A stretch of 63,112 nt of DNA, counting the filler, from Chiloscyllium plagiosum (lineage: Eukaryota): NCBI RefSeq assembly GCF_004010195.1. It is 5 parts of one record of this genome, joined end to end, with 100 filler letters (N's around TTAATTAATTAA, not from the genome) between each part and the next. Parts side by side here need not be neighbours in the genome. Positions count along the whole stretch, not along the records: positions 10,943 to 29,941 come from NC_057715.1; positions 30,042 to 46,096 come from NC_057715.1; 3 more parts are not named here. One strand, written 5' to 3'. Within the stretch, counting starts at the first letter, position 1; every line of letters starts with the position of its first letter. The translations under genes were made by a program, and so were the position numbers. Under the pieces are notes generated by a model, which ran no database searches, was not told where the DNA came from, and saw only the letters and a list, made by a program, of their open reading frames with translations. Positions 24,411 through 36,947 of this stretch are shown piece after piece.

Positions 24411-26329
24411 TGTGTCATTGGTCAAGAGAATAAAGTTTAACATGGTAAATGGAGCGTAGTAAAAAGGTCTGCTTTGTCCTTGATATCAAACAGCCGCTGA
24501 AACTGTACTCATCCAGGAAGTGAGGGTATTTCATCACACTTCTGACTCGTGCCTTGTAGATGATTTACAGGCTTTAGGGAGACTGAGATTCAGTTACTTG
24601 AACAGCAATCCTAGCCTGTGCTCTGTTCTTGTAGTCATATTATCAATGGTAATGCCCAAGATATTAATAGTGGGGGAATTCAGTGATAGTTTTGCTATTT
24701 AATTTCAAGTGAACTTGCTTAGATTCTCTGTTGTTAGAGATGCTCATTGCCTCACACTTGTTTGATTAACTATGAACTGATTGCTGAGGATCAAAGGTGA
24801 ATACTTGAGAAAGGTAACTGTGAAGAATGGCAGCAAGAGATAAAAATGTTGAAGTTGAGTATGAGTGCTGACTGTTGAAATTGAGGTTTAAGGAAGTGGC
24901 TAGAGAGAAAGGAATACATGTGACAGCAAGATGTGTCAGTCATTGGACTGCTGTGCGGGAGAACTCCAGGAAATGAAAGAGAGAGATCACTGCCAATTGA
25001 GATTTACAGGACACGTACCTTCCTGGACCTCATGAGGTCTTTAAACATCTTTTGGCAATGGACCCAGGCCCTTGATACAACAGTTCAGCTACTGATCAGT
25101 CCTACAATTTTCAGCCATGCAAGCCCTGCTGTTGTTGACAGTTCAGATAGAGATCATTATTTATTACACGAGGTGTGTTAACTTGCTTGTCCTTCCTCAT
25201 TGATCTGGGAACTGGAGGTGGCCTGCTCACTTTGTTCTGGAAAAGAACAATCACTGGATGTGTGAAATGAAGATTAAAATTTGAAGTTCGAAAATGTTCC
25301 TGCCATTAAGGCAATGAGAAAATATTTTATGTTAGCTTTGTGCCAGAAATAAATTGGATTAAGTAAAGTTGACTGCTAATTAAAATTATATTCAGAGCTG
25401 TTCCCATATAAATGCTTAATTGGTTTATAAAAAAACACCATCATTAATCCAAGGAAGAATTGACTATGAGCCTGGTAGGCATTCCTACAAATAAAGCTAA
25501 TTGGAATTTCTGCTTTATTCTCCAATGTTAATTCCTTCAACTGTCATGGTTTTGCAGAAACATACCCTTTCCCTCTGAATTCAATTTAAATGCTCTTCCT
25601 GTCTTTCACTGGGAGAGTAGCTCCCTCACCAACACATATTCTTTATGATTAATAGCAATTGTAATTTGTCAAATCCAATATTTTAATAGCTGATCTTTTA
25701 GAACATTGTTAATGGGTGGATTGCAGCCTGATTATTTTGGTTAAATACTAAGATGGAATATTGTTTATTGTGACCTGGCTTTCTTAAGGAACTGTGTAAT
25801 TAATGTCAGCTGAGGCTGTTTGCTATCAAATAGATGTTAATTGTCTATAAAAGCTTTATTGGATGTGAAGCTAGTTGTAATTTTCTGGCTTTTTGTGGAT
25901 ATTTCTTGGGTTAAAAGAAAGTAGGATAAACCATTTTTATAGATATTTTTAACATTTTGTGGTCGAATATTTGTAACTTATGCAAGACCTGTGAATTTTG
26001 TGTTTCAAATACTTCAGGCATCATTCTGTAAAGATTATGGCCTGAATGTAACCGGAAATTGGCAAAAATCAAATTTGTCCATATTCATGGAAGGTTTCTC
26101 TCTGTGAGCCCTAGTGCAAATTCTCAAGTTGTTCTCTGAAACTTTCCTCATTAGCTGTGCACTACGTCTCTCATGTTCCACTTGTCCTATCTCTCCTCTC
26201 ACCAGAGGTGGGAGTACTTGTCACTGCCAAGAACCTTGGGTTTCCTAGCTTCAGTGCTATATAGAAAACACAGCACACCAGGTGAAGCACTGTCAATCCA
26301 CAGTTGCCCTGCACAATCCTTCATCTGAT

Positions 26330-27950
26330 GAATTTTCCTTGAGAAAGTGGAAATAGACAATTTGGCATTCCAACCTGCCAATAGGGATCTGGAGGCCCTG
26401 GTTGTTAGGGTAATGCTGAGGAGGCTTTTCCCCTTCCCCAAAAATCAACAGTGAAGCTCACTGGATCCTGCCAGCTTGTTCCAAAATTAACACCAGGGTC
26501 ATTGTGGCATTGATAGTCCAGAGGAACTTGGAAAAATCAGCAAAAAAAGTAATTGACTTTCTCCATTCCATGAGGTTAGTACCACCAACTTCTCTCTGCT
26601 ATCACACCAACTCTATCACTGCACTCACCTCCCACCTCACTTTCAGGGTCTCCACTGTCATAATTGCTTGCAAAATATTCCTTCACGTTTTCACCTGCAT
26701 CAATCTCCCAGACTACCAAACATATATGCCTTCTGCACTATCTACTTACTCCCCCACCTACACAAGTTCCAACAGCTGAGTCAGCCACTTCCATATCCGT
26801 CAATCTCTCGCTTTGTCCCTTTCTGGGAGAACACAACCTACAATAAGGCAGAGAACACAAAGATGGATGGTGAGGTACCCAGCATTAATCCTCTCACCTC
26901 CAACAAGGAGAGGATCCTTGTCCTAGTTGATGAGGACAATGGCTGATCATATGGTGATACAGAAACATACGCATCGCAAGTCATCAAACAAGAATCATTG
27001 CTCATTGATGTGCTGCTCTCTGATTACTGTCATTACTGTCATTATATTCTAACATTTCTGAACTACCACTAAATTTCATGACTTCTCTTTTTGTATCTAC
27101 TGTAGATACCAGTGACATCTGCACAGTTTCCACCCTCAGGAGGGCAGCCCCACAAAACATTGTTTCCTTCTTCATGTCTGAGGAGGGAAATTCAGATCGA
27201 CTGATCACTGATGCACAAGCAAGGCTGTCTTCTGCACCCTTCACCAGATACTGATATCATGTGGGAATATTAGTTAGATTAGAGTCAAGAGCACCTGCTA
27301 GTAAACACAGCTCTTCCAAGTTTCTGCAGCTGGCTGAGAAAGAAAGATTCCTGGTGTTTGGCACTTTGAGGACTGGTGAAGAACAGGTAGCTGCTCAGCC
27401 CCAGGTAACAGAAGACCAAATGGTGTTGGCAAGTTTTAACTTCATTCAAATGCTCAAGCAGTCACAGGAGCAGCAGGTAGATTTGTTGATATCACTGGTC
27501 AAAAAGACTCAAATGTTAAAGGGCTTCACCAATGCTGCTTGTACCATACTACCGCTGGGTACAAGCATCAACTGCCTCCATTGACAAGTTAGTGGTTGCC
27601 ATGGGGAGTCACTTTCAGCATGCTAGTGTCAGCTGGATATACATGTAGCCTGCACTGCATCATTTCAGCCATTGGTGGTCAGCACCTGCAGCAAAGTGAC
27701 ATGGAGAGAAAGGGCTCTGACATCACTTCGGATGCCCATTCCTCACAAGGACACGGGATGATGCCATTGGTACCCAGTCAGAGTTGGAAACACATACAGA
27801 CCATCCAGAAGTCTCCTCTCAGGACACTTCAAAGGTGGGGGGGCCTTTCACTTCCCCCCTGACTGCTACCCTCAGCCCTTTGGGATGCAAGCAGATGGCA
27901 GACCAAGACACACTCAACATGTCTAGGCCCCCTTGCCACAATTCCGACAG
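26330..27950 (+). mobile_element. Probable decayed Harbinger-type Myb/SANT gene
   Basis: DLEALVV...RRLFP and KKVIDFLHSMR followed by GT, paralleling 43200-43450. Very degenerate. Confidence 0.4.
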
Positions 27951-28849
27951 GCTGTAATGTAGAGTAGGCTCCTTCCAATCCAGCTGCAGAGCTCAGGACT
28001 GCACCAAGACATAGTTGGAGGGAAAGAGAGATGAAGACTTTCTAAAGGTACATAGGTGGCACTGATAAAACCTTCTTGAAATACATTTGTAAATATCAAC
28101 TATATGAGTAAATGTCACTTTAGCTGCAACTGGAACATTGAAAGTACAGAGGGTAGCCATCCTTAGTGTCACAGAATTTTTTATGATCCAAGGTGTAAAG
28201 TGAGCAGTTTCTGCATAATGTGAAGACTATGCCACTATCGAAGATGATTTCTACTTTGGCAACTGAGGGGATTTTATCCAGGCTGCTTTAAATTGCTTGT
28301 GTTTCGCAGCCATTATTGGAATTGATTCATAATGCTTCAAATGATGTGGTCAAGAGTGCTTCGGGCCAGGATTTGTACTACACACAGTTAGTCAATGTAT
28401 AAGGTTGCCATAATAGCATTTTGTGATCGACACTACGAGAGAGTTTATTTAATGCTGTTGCCCATGGTAGGGCCTCATATTGGACAAGAGTAGAACCCCC
28501 TCTTTCGGAGAATGAAGGGCATAACCTAGCCACTTTAGGTTTGGTGGCAGCCATTTTCACTTCAATTTTGCACTTGATTTTTGAATCACGATGAAGGTAA
28601 ACAGTGGTCTCACTTCATGGAGTGAGTCACAGACACAGCCACTCATTCCAGGTGACCCTTTGCAAATCATCATATTACTCTCATGGTTGCCCTTCAAGTC
28701 TTCCCCACTTTCCCACCCAACACATTTATTTAATTGTTCATCTTACCCCCCCAATTCCCAGACATATGTTGCCGGTTCTACCAATCCACAGTCTCCTCAT
28801 CAAAGCCAAGATGGTTTGTCTGTTGCCCACCCTGACCCCAACACCCTTG

Positions 28850-29574
28850 CCCTGTCATGCTCCATAGTCTCCCCGCTTATATGTTGCATTCACCTTTCAC
28901 AATTGTTTTCTCCACTGCATCCCAGTATTCTGCCTCCAATCCACCAATTAAGCTTCCCTATGTTATTCCCCCCCACCCCACCCCTGCCCTGTCTGCCTTC
29001 CACAGGGACCATTCCCTCCGGGACACCTTGGTCCACTCTTCTTTCAATTCAAACACTCCCCCACAGCCCCATGTCACTTCCCTTGCAAACACCAAACGTG
29101 TAACACCTGCACATTTACCTCTTCCCGCCTCAGTATCCAAGGACCCAAACATACCTTCCAGATGAAGCCACACTTTGCCTGCAATTCTCACAATCTAATT
29201 TGCTGCATTCGCTACTCCCAACATGGTGTCCCATTCCATTAAGGAAACAAAGCATAGACTGGTAACCACTTTGAAGAGCATCTATGGTCTGCCTTCAAAG
29301 AAGACCTTGAGCTTCCTGGTGCCTGCCACTTTAACACACTACCCTGTTCCCTGGCCAACATCTCTGTCTCAGGCTTGTTGCAGTGTTCCAGTGAAGCTCA
29401 GCACAAACTGGAAGAACAACAACTATTTTCCACTAGAGGACCCTGCAGCCACCTGAACTCAATATCAAGTTCAATAATTTTAGGACCTGACATCTCCCGT
29501 GTCCTAGCCCTCTACCCCATACACCAGGCCTTGGTATCACATAGTGTCTGCCATTACACACTACCTATTGTTAG
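28850..29574 (+). mobile_element. Old PLE, GIY-YIG region
   Basis: LSAFHRDHSLRDTLVHS; degenerate C-x-S-x-N-L...KETKHRL; AQHKLEEQQLF. Confidence 0.75.
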
Positions 29575-29941
29575 CTGCTGTGGTTCTGTTCGCCGAGCAG
29601 GAAGTTTTTGTTGCAAATGTTTCGTCCCCTGTCTAGGTGACATCCTCAGTGCTTGGGGGCCTCCTGTGAAGCGCTTCTGTGGTGTTTCCTCCGGCATTTA
29701 TAGTGGCCTGTCCCTGCCGCTTCCGGTTGTCAGTTTCAGCTGTCCGCTGTAGTGGCCGGTATATTCGACTGGGACAACACTACCATTATAAGGCAAGCCA
29801 AACAAAGAACAGCCAGGGAAATCCTAGAAGCATGGCACTCATCCACAAACACCACCAACAAACACATCGACCTGGACCCAATATACCAACCACTACAGCG
29901 GACAGCTGAAACTGACAAACGGAAGCGGCAGGGACAGACCA
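29575..29941. mobile_element. Fold-back PLE family C insertion, running into the gap
   Basis: Minus arm 29575-29764 with hammerhead at 29613-29652; plus arm encodes FDWDNTTII...AREILEAWHS...NKHIDLDPIYQPL. Confidence 0.85.
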
Positions 29942-30041
29942 NNNNNNNNNNNNNNNNNNNNNNNNNNNNNNNNNNNNNNNNNNNNTTAATTAATTAANNN
30001 NNNNNNNNNNNNNNNNNNNNNNNNNNNNNNNNNNNNNNNNN
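29942..30041. other. Assembly gap with artificial linker
   Basis: 44 N + TTAATTAATTAA + 44 N. Confidence 0.97.
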
Positions 30042-30428
30042 GGCATGCAGTCGGAGATCGGCGAAGGGGCGGGGTTAGGCGAGGTGACGGAACTCGCCGG
30101 GGGGGCGCGGTTAGGCGTGAGATCGGCGTGGGGGCGGAGACACATGCGGCATTGTGGGGGCGGAAGTGGCTGCGGCGACCGCAGAGACAGAGTTATTCCC
30201 CATAGCCGCGGAGGTCGCGAATCTGCCGGCGATTGTCTTCATGGCGATCGCGGAGGCGGTTGTCTGGGCGGCGATCGCGGAGGCTGCGAGGTCGGTGGGG
30301 GCGGAGGTGACGTCATCGGCGGCGGCAGCTATTGCCGCGGGCGATGTAGCGGCCGCGTGTGTAATGGCGCCAGACTGATTTCGGAGGCCGATGGAAGATT
30401 CTGGAACAGTTGAGGAACCCAGAGTGTC
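30042..30428 (-). mobile_element. PLE 5' ORF region (CpG-rich low-complexity linker)
   Basis: Homologous to 57430-57994, sharing ggaggccgatggaagattctggaacagttgaggaacccagagtgt. Confidence 0.75.
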
Positions 30429-30880
30429 AAATCCCCTCTAAGCCTTCTTCTTGCCAATGACAACAGGTTCGAGTCTCTCAGCCTTTCCTCATAAGATCTT
30501 CCCTCCAGACCAGGTAACATCCTGGTAAATCTCCTCTGCACCTTTTCCAATCTGGGGTTATGATCCATCATCATGATCTCTGCTAATTTATGTACAGATA
30601 ATCCACTTACAGAAAACCAAAAAGTGCTGGGAAGATGCAGCAAGTCTGGCAGATCTGTGGAGAGACAGGCTTAGTGTTTGAGTCTAATCTAACTTTTCTT
30701 TGGGTTCTGAAGAGTAAGAACAGAAACAGGCCATTAAGGCTTCTCTGGCATTCAATGCATTTATGGCTCATGTAATAATCCTGAACCCCACTTTCCTGCC
30801 TTGCTCTGTAAACCTTGATTTCCTTACTGATTAAAAACAATCTGTCTATCTCAGCCTTCAATATACTTCATATACAGCGA

Positions 30881-30960
30881 GCAGTCATGGCCGAGTGCTT
30901 AAGTGAACAGATTATGAATCCATTGAGGCTAACCCCATGAAATTTCGATCCTCACTGCTG
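30881..30960 (+). pseudogene. Degenerate tRNA-Ser-like pseudogene
   Basis: GCAGTCATGGCCGAGTGCTTAAG...GAATCCATTGAGG...CCCC...TTCGATCCT..ACTGC follows the vertebrate tRNA-Ser pattern with a long variable arm. Anticodon arm is disrupted. Confidence 0.65.
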
Positions 30961-30966
30961 TCCTTT

Positions 30967-31420
30967 AGGGTGCAGTATGGTAGCTCAGTGGTTAGCACTG
31001 CTGCCTCATAGCACCAGGGACCCCGGTTCAATTCCATTCTCAGGCCACTGTCTGTGTGGAGTTTGCACATTCTGTGTTTACATGGGTTTCCTCCCACTTT
31101 CCTGAAGAAGGGCTTATGCCCGAAACGTCGATTCTCCTGTTCTCTGGATGCTGCCTGACCTGCTGCGCTTTTCCAGCAACACATTTTCAGCTCTGATCTC
31201 CAGCATCTGCAGACCTCACTTTCTCCTCAAAGATTTCCTCCCACAGTCCAAAGATGTGCACATTGGGTGAATTGACAATGTTAAATTGGCCCATGGGCCC
31301 AGGGATGTATAGGTTAGATGTGTTAGCCATGGGAAATATAGGGTAGGGGGGTGGGTTTGGGTGGGATGCTCTCTGGAGGGTCAGTTGGACATGTTGGGCC
31401 GAATAGCTGGTTTCCACGTT
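30967..31420 (+). mobile_element. Older HE1-type SINE containing a PLE tail insertion (31098-31233) with 11-bp TSD
   Basis: tggtagctcagtggttagca...ggttcaattcc head; TTTCCTCCCAC at 31087-31097 and 31234-31244. Confidence 0.85.
31100..31131 (+). ncRNA. Minimal hammerhead ribozyme motif, family A
   Basis: UC-CUGAAGA-A-GGGC(UUAU)GCCC-GAA[ACGU]C/GA; stem I is only 2 bp. Confidence 0.6.
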
Positions 31421-32133
31421 ATATAGATATGGATGATAATTACTTAGCTAAACATCCATCCAAAACCAAATGACAAAAATTTTAACTGCAATAAATAAAT
31501 CATTAACAGAAGGGAAAGACATTTTTAAACAATCTGAAATAAATCATTCTACACAAGTTAACACAATTTACTAACATAAACTGCAAAGAGGAAATTAGGG
31601 CATGGTGTAGTAGAGGTAGCCGATTCACTAACAGGCTTCATTTATGCTGCTGACCTGTCTTTGTAGCCACAGTATTTATCTGGCTGGTCAAGATCAGTTT
31701 TTGTCAGTTTTCTCTGGGATCATGGTAATATATATTTTTGGAGCTAGGATAGGCAGATACAAGAAAGTGAATCTACCACAGGATTAGGGGGTCGACAATG
31801 AGAAGGCAGTGTTGACAGCAGGGCACTACTTCTCTGGAATTAACACTAGGTTCATGATTTAATAAGAGAAAGTACATCAGACTTGCCTGGGGAGAAAATC
31901 AGAATTGTTAAGTAAGGGAAATCTAACCATTCTAACCATTATTTTGTAGTCCTGATCTATGAAGTGCGCACTTTAAACAGCAACCAGTTCTAAGACCCAT
32001 CTAAGTCCAAGCAGACTTTAACAACAGGACTGTTATTCAAGATAAAAGATATTAAATCGGGTGAACTAATTTAAAGCTTGGGACCTGGAATTTGATGTGC
32101 AGGAACAATTGAACAACTCATGATATACTGTAC

Positions 32134-32346
32134 CTTTCTTACACGTTAACAGCACTCCGATCAAACCTGAGGAAATATCCTTTGGAGCATCTACATGGGA
32201 ATGGTAAATCCAAGTTAAACAAGCTGGGTCAGCATCTGTAGGTGCATACTCTTTCTTGACTATCCATGTATAGATGTGACTTCCTCCTGGTGGAACAGCA
32301 TCATCCACCTTATATTTACCTGATGTTTGATCAGGATAAAAAGCAC
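32134..32346 (-). CDS. HEPHL1: Hephaestin-family (HEPHL1/HEPH) multicopper ferroxidase, next coding exon, 213 bp
   Basis: Acceptor ttctttacAG|GT at 32348-32347 and donor AAAG|GTacag at 32133-32132. Phase 1-1, in frame with the upstream exon. Translates (G)AFYPDQTSGKYKVDDAVPPGGSHIYTWIVKKEYAPTDADPACLTWIYHSHVDAPKDISSGLIGVLLTCKK(G), with the YHSH copper ligands and conserved Cys pair. Confidence 0.93.
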
Positions 32347-33385
32347 CTGTAAAGAAGAACAGCTTTCGTCATTCTACATTAGAGGAATTTAATCTAAGAA
32401 TTAGAGTACAGTATAAGTGCAAGTTTTCAGAAATGAAAGTCACTGGTAAATTGCATAACACTGATTTTGAAGTAGTTTCAGAGAATTAGAAGCATTATAA
32501 GCAGTTGCACTAAACAAAGCAACACCAGCATCTGATAGGAATAGTGTTGGAAGAGGGAACAAATAAAAAATGCCCTTATGACTCAGAAGGTAAAGAAGAA
32601 AGCCAACAACTTGGCAATGAGAAAGGAGGAAGGGTCTCTGAATTCTATGCAGTGGTCATCATGTACAAGAAAAAACTAACAAAATTCAAATATTCATATT
32701 ATAGTTATTTCACATGTTTCTATACATGTATTGACAGGAACTAGTATATGTGATCCTTACAAGCAACTCTAGATCTAATTAGTAATTTTTAAAGCTGGTT
32801 TTTATTAAGCTGATAAAGAATTTTAATTAGTGCAAATTAATTGTGAACAAACAGGACAACTAGAATAATTCTAGCAATCATAAATATGTAAGAGGAAGGA
32901 CTGGTGAAATCATTTTACTGGCTTACAAATTTGCCCTGCCTACAGCTGTTGATACAGACTGCAAGCAAGCTTTGATTCCAGTGTGCAGCACAGCATTTTC
33001 TCAATAGGGAATTCAGCGTCTACCTGGTTCATGATTCATAGTTCATCTCAGCCTCTTAAAAGGCAGCCAGGACTTTTTAAAGGGGTGATGAGGAGGTGTT
33101 TTGAAGTACTTCCAAATAAACGTGTTGGGCTATAACCTGTTGTTGTGTGCTTTTTAACTTTTTATAGGGGAACTGCACTTATTCACAGGAAATGTTGCAG
33201 ATTATTTGTGGAAGACCTGGCTGCAAGGGAAAGTACAACAAAAAGAGCAACAGTCTAGGTAGGAGTTCCCAAATGAGTTGCAAGAAACACTAGTCCAGAA
33301 GGTGGACAGGAACAAAGGTACCACATACCAGAAGGAGGCTAGTGAGCCCCAAGGCACACCTGGAAAAAGGATTATGAGCACTCAA

Positions 33386-33524
33386 GGCTTCACAGGAGGA
33401 TCCCAAGAACTGAGGATGTTACCTAGACAGGGGACGAAACGTCTGCAACACAAATTCCCAACTCGGCGAACAGAACCACAACAATGAGCACCCGAGCTAC
33501 AAATCTTCTCACAAACTTTGAACT
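33386..33524 (+). mobile_element. PLE family C terminal repeat with hammerhead motif (33410-33443)
   Basis: CUGAGGA-U-GUUACCU(AGAC)AGGGGAC-GAA[ACGU]C/UGC; matches 46600-46694. Confidence 0.8.
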
Positions 33525-33616
33525 CACTTTGAAAGCTGTACGCTGAGCACCTGGCAGCAGTGCTGGTAAAAGTTCTGTGATCTCACATGGCTGGTCAAGG
33601 TCAATGAATGCAACTT

Positions 33617-33693
33617 TGAAACTTTATTGCTGGAACAGCACAGCCATAAAGTTTCAACTTTGATCTCCAGCATCTGCAGACCTCACTTTCTCC
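33617..33693 (+). mobile_element. 77-bp PLE family A tail with inverted 5' piece and 16-bp TSD
   Basis: TCAATGAATGCAACTT at 33601-33616 and 33694-33709; internal inverted repeat TTGAAACTTTAT/ATAAAGTTTCAA. Confidence 0.8.
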
Positions 33694-33882
33694 TCAATGA
33701 ATGCAACTTCCCAACTCTCCCCTCCACTAACCTCTCATGTTGCTCAATGCACCTCACACCTATCACTCACTCACCAGCAATCAGGACTCACTCCATCATG
33801 AGTTCCAAAGTAGTCAGACTCTCACCCAGCTTTCGCAAACCTCCAAATATTCGATTATTTCTGGCACATCACTCAAACACAG

Positions 33883-34495
33883 TGTTATGGACCAGACCAG
33901 ACGCCTTCAAAATATAATAAGAAGGTAGCCTAGATCCTAACTTTTTCTTATTTTAAAGATAATTGTGAGTTGCTACATTCCAGATGCAATTTGATTGGTC
34001 AAGCTACTTGGCATTAAGCAAAACACAATTTAATCAAACACTATAGTCAAATATAGCAAAATAAAGAAAGAATTGGAATAACTTAACTCTACTGAAAAAA
34101 CGTAACAGAATAACAGATGCAGTAATTATTACTAATTAATAGTTCCAATATACTAACATCCTGTAAAGACACCCTTGGAGAAAAGCCAAATTCAGAAAAC
34201 AGATTATCTCACATGAAGCTTCTGTGCCAGGGAGAGAACCCCCGAGCTTTTGGCTGTAATTGATACAATGACAAAAAAAAGCTTCTACTCTTCCAAGACC
34301 CCAACAGCAACTGCTGAAAGCTGAACCTAAAATTGTTGGTTCTGTGGGAGCTCGACCACACCCATTCAGGCTGCTTCTATTGTTCTAACTTGTTAAAAAC
34401 AAACACCCAGGGCTTCACAAGGTTTTATCTTTCCACATGTCACACAATCTCTCTCTGAAAGAAACCAGGACAAAACACAGCTCTTAAAGCCACTT
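33883..34495. mobile_element. Dispersed repeat, probable solo LTR
   Basis: Begins TGTTATGGACCAGACC; colinear with 18772-19525. Confidence 0.6.
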
Positions 34496-34812
34496 TTGGA
34501 TACTCTCTTTTTTTCTTCTTAGTGGTCAATAGGTAAATATTTGAGACTTTCTATAAAGAAGCTGTGACAGTTACATTCTGGCTGCCAAGAATAAGCATGT
34601 GACAGCATAACTTGTCAATTCTAAGTTCAGCTTACATTTTTAAGCATTAAGACACTGGTAGCTTTATCTTAATTATATTTTGTTTTCAAGCCTTAGCAAC
34701 ACAATAAGCCAATTTCAGCATGACATTCAGTCAGTAAGTCACTTGACTTGACCACTCTGTTTGTCACGTAACCCTATTAGCAGCAAAAACAAATTTAAAC
34801 TGTTTTACAATA

Positions 34813-34925
34813 TTAACTTAATCAGATAAGCTGTTTCCTTGTATTTTTAATTGTTATATGATTTTAACTCAATCAAATAAGCTGTTTATTATGTTTTGAA
34901 CTGTTATAAGACATTGGCTCAATCA
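34813..34925. repeat. Degenerate ~51-bp tandem repeat, about 2.2 copies
   Basis: ttaact(t/c)aatca(g/a)ataagctgttt...tgttata at 34813 and 34864; partial copy at 34914. Confidence 0.65.
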
Positions 34926-36599
34926 TATTATTTTCTTATATCCCCACAGCCACAGTATCACGACAATTGAGTAACATGCACACTGACATTCTGCCCCTCT
35001 CCTTACAAAACAATAACAAGAGGGAGAGCTGCATACTGCATTAATTGGCCCCACTGGAGGAGATGTTATGCCACATAGTGGCAATGGCTGTTACTAAGAA
35101 TATTGCATCTGGTGATGTAAAAAAACATTCAAGGTAATGGTTCCTGTCTTAAACCCCTTCTCAAATTCCACTTAAACCTCATCCTGTTATCCATCATAAA
35201 GTGTAAGCTGCAGATAATGTGACAATGGACCACTTATTTACCATTCCATCCCACTACCCTCAATCCAGATGAAAGCATTTTTACTTTCAGATACTCAAGA
35301 ATATACACCTGGCCAGCTAGAACAGACTTATTGTGTAAGTTGCAATCAACGGCAGAATTCTGCTGAAGAAGCAAAATCATTTGACACTGGAAATCACCAG
35401 TTCAGCTGCTGGCACCGTACATCATTGTTAACTAGCATTGTGCAGTTATAGATAGAGTCATAGAGCCATACAGCATGAAACTAGACCCTTTGGTCCAACT
35501 CGTCCATGCCAACCAGGTTTCCCAAATTGAATTAGGCCCATCTAATCATGCAATTTTGGTCAGGTGTTATAGGATGCTGTTCCTCTATCTATTTCCTTCC
35601 ACTCATTCTTGTGTTTTCCTGTTTCTGTTTTCAGCTTGACTCAGAGCTTTGTGCAAAACACACAGGCCATTTTTAACAACATAGAAATAGTTACCATCTC
35701 GAAGACAACACTTACAGACCCAGTCACGATGCAGCATCTGCTGGTTGATATACTAAATCACACTGCAGCATAGACAGATGTTACCAACTGTCTCAATGCT
35801 GCAATGGAAAACTCAGACTGTAATCATGAGATCCATGTTTGTTGCCATGCAAGTTCAGATTGGTACCATGCAAGCTCAGAATGACTGTAGAACATTATTT
35901 TCCAGGAAGGATGCAGAGAACATAAACATGTATGTCCCTTCTCTGTTGCTCTAACCTATAATGTGCCACCTGCCCTTCATGTAGGTGTTCATGAGATGTG
36001 GCTGCAACTGTTGAATAGTTGGAGTATGTGGAAGTTATGACAGGTGTAATTGAAGCAGCACTGAAAAGCTTGAAGGGTGAGGGGGAGTATCTGAACTTTA
36101 GGTATGAGTTCTAATTATATCTTGTCATATCCTCTCTTATCATTAAGGATGCAATCACTTTAATCGTGAAAGCTCTTCCTCCCCCTTACCATTTTTGCAC
36201 TTGACCACACAACCAGGTTTATTTTGTTTGCGGGACATTTCGTAGAATTTTCCTCAGAATCTGGCTGCATGGCTTCTTTCACAGGCTCACACAAATATAC
36301 AGATATAAAGATATTGAAGGAAAATGTCATAGCCCAGTGTATCTGATACAAAATGGTTATTATTGCTACTAGTGGAATGTTCAGAGCTATTTTGTTGAAT
36401 AAACTCCATTTTTTATTTTTTTTTAGCTTAATTCAAAATGACCTCAGACTCCAAAGTGAATTTGTTATTAATAGCACCACTATTTTGGTTAGGTAGTTAA
36501 TACTTCCTGTAGCTCTGGCATAAGGCTACATACATTTCATTTTTGAGCATTTGCTAAGGCACAGTGGTACTAACTCCAGCTTTGTCAGATGGAGAAAGT

Positions 36600-36932
36600 T
36601 TAAGTTCACTTCCAGAGGTTTACGCATATAACACTGATTGAAAGTGAATATTGACAGAGTACAGTTCTGTTTAAAGAAAGCATCTTTCAGAAGGAATGAG
36701 GCCCCAGTTGCTCTTTTAGTTGGATGTAAAAGATCACATGCCACTATTTGAAGAATAATGCTCCTTGGTAAGTTGGCTAGCACTTATCTGTCAACCAACA
36801 TTACTAAAACAATGATCTGGTCATTATTACTCTGCTGTTTGGGAATTTGATGTACACAAATTGTCTCATTTCTTATACTTCAGAAGTGTTTCAATAACTA
36901 TAAAGCACTTTGTAAATGAAATTCTTTCTTTT
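36600..36932 (+). mobile_element. Ancient Deu-domain SINE (SacSINE1/AmnSINE1-like)
   Basis: gaggcccc...ggatgtaaaagatcacatgccactatttgaagaa...caaccaacattactaaaac...tctggtcatt...taaagcacttt, then a T-rich tail. Matches my recollection of the Deu domain. Confidence 0.65.
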
Positions 36933-36947
36933 ACTCAGTAAGGTTAC

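Noticed and set aside
24930..25200. Possible Harbinger transposase relic
   Set aside because: Similarity too weak to support by eye; needs an HMM search.
34763..34770. TACGTG hypoxia-element-like site in the intron of an iron-handling gene
   Set aside because: A single hexamer is expected by chance.
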